Positions 27,336-32,000 of a stretch of 32,000 nucleotides of DNA are shown here, one piece after another. The notes beneath the pieces are model-generated. The model saw only the letters and a list, made by a program, of their open reading frames with translations, was not told the origin of the DNA and did not search any database. Within the stretch, counting starts at the first letter, position 1. Every line of letters begins with the position of its first letter. The stretch comes from Acaryochloris marina MBIC11017 (GTDB lineage: Bacteria; Cyanobacteriota; Cyanobacteriia; Thermosynechococcales; Thermosynechococcaceae), in contig NC_009925.1 in the NCBI RefSeq assembly GCF_000018105.1, positions 3,360,001-3,392,000 of the forward strand, read 5' to 3'. Both the position numbers and the translations under genes were made by a program.

Positions 27336-28084
27336 AACAGCGTCATCATGAGCTGTTCGTGGGTGGAGGATAGGCGAGGCATACTTGAGACCTGTTGCCA
27401 AAACTCTAAAATGATTTGGCTGGTCCGACGAGGATGATCATAATGGAAAAAATGCCGTCCTTGAGGGCAGCTCCATAACCGATCGCCTGCTTTTAGCCAG
27501 GTTTGCCACTGGGCATGAGCTTGTGGGTCAACCACAGCATCATGTTCTCCATGACATACTAACAAGGGAGATGCTACGCCTCCAGGCGCTAACTCATTGC
27601 GATGGGCTAAAGAGTGGGGAGCTAATTCAGTATCTAGGATCGTTGCCAAGAGTGACGCCAATTTCATGGCTCGATTGGTGTTCATCGCTCCAAACAGCAT
27701 GGTTACCATTTGAAGTAAAATCGCCTCTCGACTACAGGGTAAAAGTTCTCTCATCTTGTAGTAATGGGCATGCCAACCCACAGATGGATTTGCCCCAACG
27801 GAGAGTAGCGTTAATGATTTAACTGCTTGGGGATGATAACGAGCATAAAGTAACCCCAATGTGCCGCTGAGACCATGCCCCAGCAGATGAATTGGCTTGG
27901 ATTGGCGTTGAATATCTTGGTGGAGCAATGCTAAGGCAGTTTGTATAGAGCAAGGTTCATCCGCCGTTTGATGGTAGCTCCAAAATTTTACATTCGTACA
28001 TCGCTTGAGCTGTTGGCATAAACTCCAGTCAAATCGTTTGAGACGGGGGTTAGCACATAACCAGAGTGCATCAAAAGTACTCAC
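27293..28084 (-). CDS. Alpha/beta-fold hydrolase
   Basis: Nucleophile-elbow region HLLGHGLSGTLGLLYA, acid region LLVCHGEHDAVVD, and histidine region GRHFFHYDHP. Immediately upstream of the TrxR-like gene, either adjacent or overlapping depending on that gene's start. Confidence 0.7.
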   Translation of the reverse strand: MSTFDALWLCANPRLKRFDWSLCQQLKRCTNVKFWSYHQTADEPCSIQTALALLHQDIQRQSKPIHLLGHGLSGTLGLLYARYHPQAVKSLTLLSVGANPSVGWHAHYYKMRELLPCSREAILLQMVTMLFGAMNTNRAMKLASLLATILDTELAPHSLAHRNELAPGGVASPLLVCHGEHDAVVDPQAHAQWQTWLKAGDRLWSCPQGRHFFHYDHPRRTSQIILEFWQQVSSMPRLSSTHEQLMMTLLCKEMKNSALLPGD

Positions 28085-28652
28085 AAGCTAGGGGTCCATA
28101 GACTTAAATCAATAAAGGTATCTTGATGTCAGTAATAATGACTATCACTCCACCACCTATCTAAGATCTGGAATATGACCAGCGGCTATAAATATAGGTA
28201 GTCTAGAGCTGAGCCTCTATGCTGGCGCCAAGAAAATTGTTGATTAATATTCTCAACTACAGTACAACATTTTGGCTGCGAAAGATATGGTGCGTCAAGG
28301 TTCGGGTGGACGGAATAATGCGAGATTTGGATAAGCCATTGAGAGCTACCAATGGGCTCTTGCAGGGTTGTGACATCCCTAGTTGGTTATGCGCTGCATT
28401 CTATGGTGTCCCTTGTTGGATGGTCTCAACAAAATGGACACAATATCGAACAGATTATTGACCATCTAAAATATTGGCTCTTAAAAGTACCAAAATCCTT
28501 GAAGGCAGAGCATTTTCTTCGTGACTTAGCGAAGATTCTCAGAGCTTAAACTATCGTTTGGAGCTACACCGCAGGCTAAGTAGGCGCCCTATCGTTAATA
28601 CTAAATCTCAGCTTAGTGGTATAGAAAGCTAGAGCAACTGACTCAATAGATA

Positions 28653-28712
28653 CTTAAGCATATTATTGCAAATGAGTATTAATAACAATATAGAGCCGTG
28701 CTTAAGTTTTTT
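28653..28712 (+). terminator. Long imperfect hairpin plus T6 (terminator-like) inside the AT-rich spacer
   Basis: CTTAAGCA (28653-28660) pairs with TGCTTAAG (28699-28706). An inner TATTG/CAATA pairing is present. TTTTTT follows directly at 28707-28712. Confidence 0.35.
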
Positions 28713-28722
28713 GCTAAATCAT

Positions 28723-28805
28723 CTTGATAAAAGCCTACTCAAAAAGAATTTTAGGCTTTACGGTGTCTTCCTGTATGTATATTACAAAAGCAATAATAAG
28801 TATCT
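28723..28805 (+). promoter_or_regulatory. Copy B of the duplicated ~80-nt cis-element
   Basis: Core GTATATTACAAAAGCAATAAT at 28777-28797. TTTACG (28757-28762), a 15-nt spacer and TATATT (28778-28783). A 14-nt insertion relative to copy A creates a perfect 8-bp hairpin AAAGCCTA/TAGGCTTT. Confidence 0.5.
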
Positions 28806-28901
28806 AAATTCAACGTAATATAGGAAAAATTGTAGTTAATGTAGCAGAAAAATGATTTCCTATACCTATTTCGTTTACTGACCACACTTATGTAAGTGTC
28901 A

Positions 28902-29045
28902 ATGTTAAGGCTGACCCAGAAAGATTCAAACTTGACGGATGATGTTCCTGATGTGTGCAAATTTTCTTTTGAATGTTGCCACAAGCGATACAAATGGTTG
29001 AGCTATAAAGCGACCGTCTTGAATAATTTTAATGAAGAATATTAG
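28902..29045 (+). CDS. Speculative 47-aa Cys-containing small ORF between element copy B and a terminator-like hairpin
   Basis: MLRLTQKDSNLTDDVPDVCKFSFECCHKRYKWLSYKATVLNNFNEEY. No clear Shine-Dalgarno. A 7+7 palindrome ACACTTA-TG-TAAGTGT (28884-28899) abuts the ATG. AT-rich DNA throws up such ORFs by chance. Confidence 0.15.
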   Translation: MLRLTQKDSNLTDDVPDVCKFSFECCHKRYKWLSYKATVLNNFNEEY

Positions 29046-29073
29046 AGTAAATTTATGAATGAATGAGCGAAGT

Positions 29074-29112
29074 CCATAAAATAATCTATTTATGGCTTTT
29101 TATTCTGATTTT
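29074..29112 (+). terminator. Terminator-like AT-rich hairpin plus T-rich tail
   Basis: CCATAAA-ATAATCTA-TTTATGG followed by CTTTTTATTCTGATTTT. The stem sequence resembles the hairpin at 25631-25647. Confidence 0.35.
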
Positions 29113-29237
29113 GAAAGCTATATCTGAAAAAATGCTAAATACCTTTGATTTTATCTCCTCGGCGTTGGGGATTCGATGGCAGGGAATACCGATTTAGTAA
29201 ATCACTAGCTAATGATTGGAAATAATGTAAAACAACG

Positions 29238-29942
29238 ATGTCAAATATCTATCGTGGAATTGTCCTGCCTGGGGAGACGGGCTTTGCTAGGTGTAACAAA
29301 CAATGGTGTTTTGAATCTTTGAAAACCTATTTCCGATGGGGACAACGAGAATTCGGACTACGGGTTTACTATCCCCATTGGCTACAAGGGCGGCAATACC
29401 AAATTGATGTTGTAGATTGGGTGAATCAGTTCTATCACGTCTATACCTACCTGTACTGTTGCCAAGACGGTAGCGCTCTCACCGACCCGAACCCATGGAC
29501 AGGAGATTATCCTGATCTTGATGAAGATGAAAAACTTAAACTTGTTCAGCTGAGGACCTTTGCTAAAACCAAACATGGCTTTTATCTGGGAACTGTTCGA
29601 GATGCCTATGAACTGCTACAACAAGGCATTACCCACTGTGAACCCTATGATTATGATACGAGTCTATTCCCTCAGTCTCGACAGATGAGCAAGATCTGTT
29701 CCATTGGGTCTGATGGAGAACGGTGGGCTGCCTTCACGGATCATGGCTTTCAATGGGTCGATATTGGGCACGTCGTCCAAGCAGGTGATCCTGGAACAAA
29801 CGTTCAAGAATTTCCTACCGTAATGCAGAAATTTACTGAGAAGAACTCTCTTTCCCTTCCTGTGGGATTTAAAGTTAGGAATGTTTTAGATTCAAAGCGA
29901 GTCGCGATCGTTATTGCTTGGAGTATGAGTGAATCAATCTGA
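29238..29942 (+). CDS. Orphan hypothetical protein (234 aa, Trp/Tyr/Cys-rich, no signal peptide or TM)
   Basis: Long clean ORF with coding-like composition. Convergent (3' ends facing) with the FecB-like gene. I recognise no family motif. Confidence 0.6.
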   Translation: MSNIYRGIVLPGETGFARCNKQWCFESLKTYFRWGQREFGLRVYYPHWLQGRQYQIDVVDWVNQFYHVYTYLYCCQDGSALTDPNPWTGDYPDLDEDEKLKLVQLRTFAKTKHGFYLGTVRDAYELLQQGITHCEPYDYDTSLFPQSRQMSKICSIGSDGERWAAFTDHGFQWVDIGHVVQAGDPGTNVQEFPTVMQKFTEKNSLSLPVGFKVRNVLDSKRVAIVIAWSMSESI

Positions 29943-29962
29943 AGATATTGTTCAATCACAGA

Positions 29963-30997
29963 TCACGATGGGGAAATGCTGATAGAAAATATTTGAGCAA
30001 TGTCATCTAGGATTTGATTGGCAGCCAGAATATTACGGCCTGCTGTCCACACTTCGCTATTAACTTCATAAATTTTCTTGTTCTGCACAGCACTCAATTT
30101 TGACCAAAGCGGATCAGACACAAAGCCGTCATAGTCAAAGCTGCCTGATATCTGAGGGCTATGGATTAAAAAGAGCAGATCGCCATTCAAGCTATCTAAA
30201 TCTTCTCGGGCAATTTGAACAGCATATCCTTTGGCATTCTTTTGTTTCGAGGGCCGATCAAATCCTATATCTTCCAGCACTGAGCCTGAAAAGCTGTTCG
30301 ACGTGTATAAGCCAATCTGGCCTTGACCTGTAGCAACCACTGAAACAACGGTTTGATCAACCTCTACTAACTGCTGCTGTAGCGCTTTGACCCGTTGTTG
30401 ATAGTCTGTCAAGACCTGCCGTCCTGCCGACTCCTTATTTAAGGCTTTGGCAAATAAGCGAAAATTCTCGTGCCATTCTCCTTCTCTGCCACTTCCTTCA
30501 GTTAAAACCGTTGGTGCAATTCGGTCTAAATGTTTGTATATTTTGCCGGAGCTGATCTTACTGCCTAAGATTAAGTCGGGCTTCAGGCTAAGGATGGTTT
30601 CTAAATTCGGTTGAGTCCCTTCTCCTACGGATGCGATGCCTTCTGTTTGGTCTCCCAAATAGGCAGGGAATTGACTATAAACCACGGAACCAACAGGTTT
30701 GACACCTAATGCTAAAGCAGCATCTAATGCCGCTGTGTCTACTGTAATCACTCGTTGAGCTTGGATAGGAACTTGGCTGGTTCCCATCGCATGTTCTATG
30801 GATAAAAAAGTGCCTTTAGCGAGTGGGGAACGCTGTTGAGGAAGGTTTGGTAACGGATCCGATGCACAACTCATCAACAGACTCAGGAGCAGGCAGGCAG
30901 AAACGCTGAGCCAGAGAAACCGTCGGCCCCCACGTATACGTAGCCGCCGAATTCCGATTGCAAGGCTTATCGCTAGCACTAGCCATAGTAGCAACAT
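29963..30997 (-). CDS. Iron-siderophore ABC transporter substrate-binding lipoprotein (FecB/FhuD-like)
   Basis: Signal with lipobox LLMSCASD, then the Peripla_BP_2 pattern RVITVDTAALDAALALGVKPVG ... PDLILGS ... IYEVNSEVW. Confidence 0.88.
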   Translation of the reverse strand: MLLLWLVLAISLAIGIRRLRIRGGRRFLWLSVSACLLLSLLMSCASDPLPNLPQQRSPLAKGTFLSIEHAMGTSQVPIQAQRVITVDTAALDAALALGVKPVGSVVYSQFPAYLGDQTEGIASVGEGTQPNLETILSLKPDLILGSKISSGKIYKHLDRIAPTVLTEGSGREGEWHENFRLFAKALNKESAGRQVLTDYQQRVKALQQQLVEVDQTVVSVVATGQGQIGLYTSNSFSGSVLEDIGFDRPSKQKNAKGYAVQIAREDLDSLNGDLLFLIHSPQISGSFDYDGFVSDPLWSKLSAVQNKKIYEVNSEVWTAGRNILAANQILDDIAQIFSISISPS

Positions 30998-31055
30998 GAT
31001 GATGAACTCCCACCAAACTGAAAATCTAAGAAACTAGGTGCTGGTTGAACTGGAC

Positions 31056-32000
31056 TTAAAACTCAAAACTATAGCGAATGCTATAAGTCCGGCCTTGACC
31101 GGGGAGACGGCGTAGCTCTTGAATACCCAAGCGTTCTTGGGAACTCACGGGTACATATTGGGTATCAAAGACATTTTGGATAGCGAGCTGCAGTTTCCCT
31201 GGCCCTAGGTTGACCGTACTGAAGACATCGAACACCGTGTAACCTTCAACTCGAAACTGATCGATCGCGTCATTAAAGGCACGATCTCGTCCCCCGACAA
31301 ACAACGCTTGAATTCGGTTTCGCCAACCAGGTAGGGTCTCATTCTCAACATAGACCGTTGCGTGAATGGGCTGGACATCCAGGGAGCTAAGGGCTGTAAA
31401 GACACCATCATCGTCTGGATCCGATTCACCCTCATTCCAAGTAAAGACTGTCCCTAGTTTCCATGTATCGCTGGGTTGCCAATCCGCAGTGAATTCAATG
31501 CCATAGTTCCGTTGTGGAGCCCGCACAATAGAGGTCAGCCCCACGTTATCAACGACTAGAGAAGAACCAAGAGAGGAGGTACTCAAAAAGCCCGCTAGAC
31601 TTAGCTGAACCGTATCAAAGTTGGCTTTTACCCCCAGCTCATAGTTATTGACTTTCTGAGGTTCTAAATTGAGGCTGTCAACCACGCTATTGCCAAATCG
31701 AGCTAGCCCTAGGGTTACCCCAACACCAGGAATCGAAAATCCTTGGGCAAAGTTGGTATAGATGCTAACTTCTTCAGTCGCTTTAAACACTGCACCCGCA
31801 TTAAAAACCACGTCATCGGTTGTGATTACTCCGCCTTGGATTTGTGCCGGTGGCGCAATCCCAAAATTCGCAAAAGGGCTAGCAGCATAGTCATCGACGG
31901 ACAAGCGAATATTTTCATATCGAATCCCTCCGGTGAGGGATAGCTGATCCACCACATCCCAGGTTAACTGGGAAAAAGCACCGATGCTGCGTACGGTATA
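31056..32000 (-). CDS. TonB-dependent outer-membrane receptor, C-terminal beta-barrel part (N-terminus outside the window)
   Basis: The ORF-track start at 31955 is an internal GTG. I read the frame as open through 32000 (..YTVRSIGAFSQLTWDVVDQLSLTGGIRYE..). Alternating beta-strand pattern, ending ...GRTYSIRYSFEF with the terminal aromatic residue typical of TBDRs. Confidence 0.9.
   Translation of the reverse strand, partial: YTVRSIGAFSQLTWDVVDQLSLTGGIRYENIRLSVDDYAASPFANFGIAPPAQIQGGVITTDDVVFNAGAVFKATEEVSIYTNFAQGFSIPGVGVTLGLARFGNSVVDSLNLEPQKVNNYELGVKANFDTVQLSLAGFLSTSSLGSSLVVDNVGLTSIVRAPQRNYGIEFTADWQPSDTWKLGTVFTWNEGESDPDDDGVFTALSSLDVQPIHATVYVENETLPGWRNRIQALFVGGRDRAFNDAIDQFRVEGYTVFDVFSTVNLGPGKLQLAIQNVFDTQYVPVSSQERLGIQELRRLPGQGRTYSIRYSFEF

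Noticed and set aside
27523-27822. 99-aa + strand ORF
   Set aside because: Antisense to the alpha/beta-hydrolase gene, with no motifs.
28219-28549. Overlapping + strand ORFs of 80 and 65 aa
   Set aside because: I did not call these as genes. They overlap each other in different frames and I recognise no family. They are kept only as a possible frameshifted remnant in the findings.
28751-28993. 80-aa minus-strand ORF in the AT-rich block
   Set aside because: Its composition (Asn/Tyr/Phe/Ser/Ile-rich, e.g. FFCYINYNFSYITLNLDTYYCF) is what AT-rich non-coding DNA yields by chance. It spans element copy B and the palindrome.
29382-30333. ORFs 29382..29576 (-) and 30100..30333 (+)
   Set aside because: Antisense to the orphan 234-aa ORF and to the FecB-like gene respectively. 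Short and compositionally biased.
30816-31943. ORFs 30816..31016 (-), 31205..31435 (-) and 31743..31943 (+)
   Set aside because: Off-frame or antisense overlaps with the FecB-like and TonB-dependent receptor genes.
1-32000. tRNA, rRNA, CRISPR, transposase, integrase, toxin-antitoxin or known defence-system genes
   Set aside because: I scanned both strands by eye for T-loop-like GGTTCGAATCC motifs, spaced repeat arrays and characteristic protein motifs in the ORF track, and found none. A covariance-model scan (tRNAscan-SE or Infernal) would be needed for certainty.

Overview
This is a cyanobacterial chromosomal window. Evidence: 16 exact copies of the HIP1 octamer GCGATCGC against about 0.5 expected by chance, plus ndhH, gatC, a CbbY-type HAD phosphatase and a eukaryote-type Ser/Thr kinase. 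Positions 1-21 kb are mostly core genes: mltA (partial, absent from the ORF track because it runs off the edge), a periplasmic-sensor PAS-GGDEF-EAL protein, cbbY-like, a CAP-domain protein, gatC, ndhH, a SAM methyltransferase, a stand-alone sulfotransferase in a visibly AT-rich patch, a four-gene minus-strand unit ending in a membrane Ser/Thr kinase, a GPH-family MFS symporter, xseB-xseA, a class A PBP and tyrS. Positions 21-32 kb are an accessory-looking iron-siderophore uptake locus split in two. One half is the fecE/D/C-like ABC genes (21.1-24.0 kb), divergent from an MFS exporter with a His-rich tail. The other half is a FecB-like binding lipoprotein plus a TonB-dependent receptor (30.0-32.0 kb, receptor truncated by the window edge). 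The roughly 6 kb between the halves is my best candidate for something undescribed. It holds an ORF interrupted by an in-frame TAG; a closely spaced alpha/beta-hydrolase and thioredoxin-reductase-like flavoprotein pair whose NADPH-binding motifs are visibly degenerate (possible siderophore esterase/reductase iron-release module); a 1.15 kb AT-rich non-coding stretch with terminator-like hairpins and a small Cys-containing ORF; and a 234-aa orphan protein. An ~80-nt cis-element occurs twice in the same orientation, once in the fecC/MFS divergent promoter and once in the AT-rich stretch, which suggests co-regulation. I saw no rRNA, tRNA, CRISPR array, transposase or integrase. All functional calls rest on motif recognition by eye; no database search was possible.
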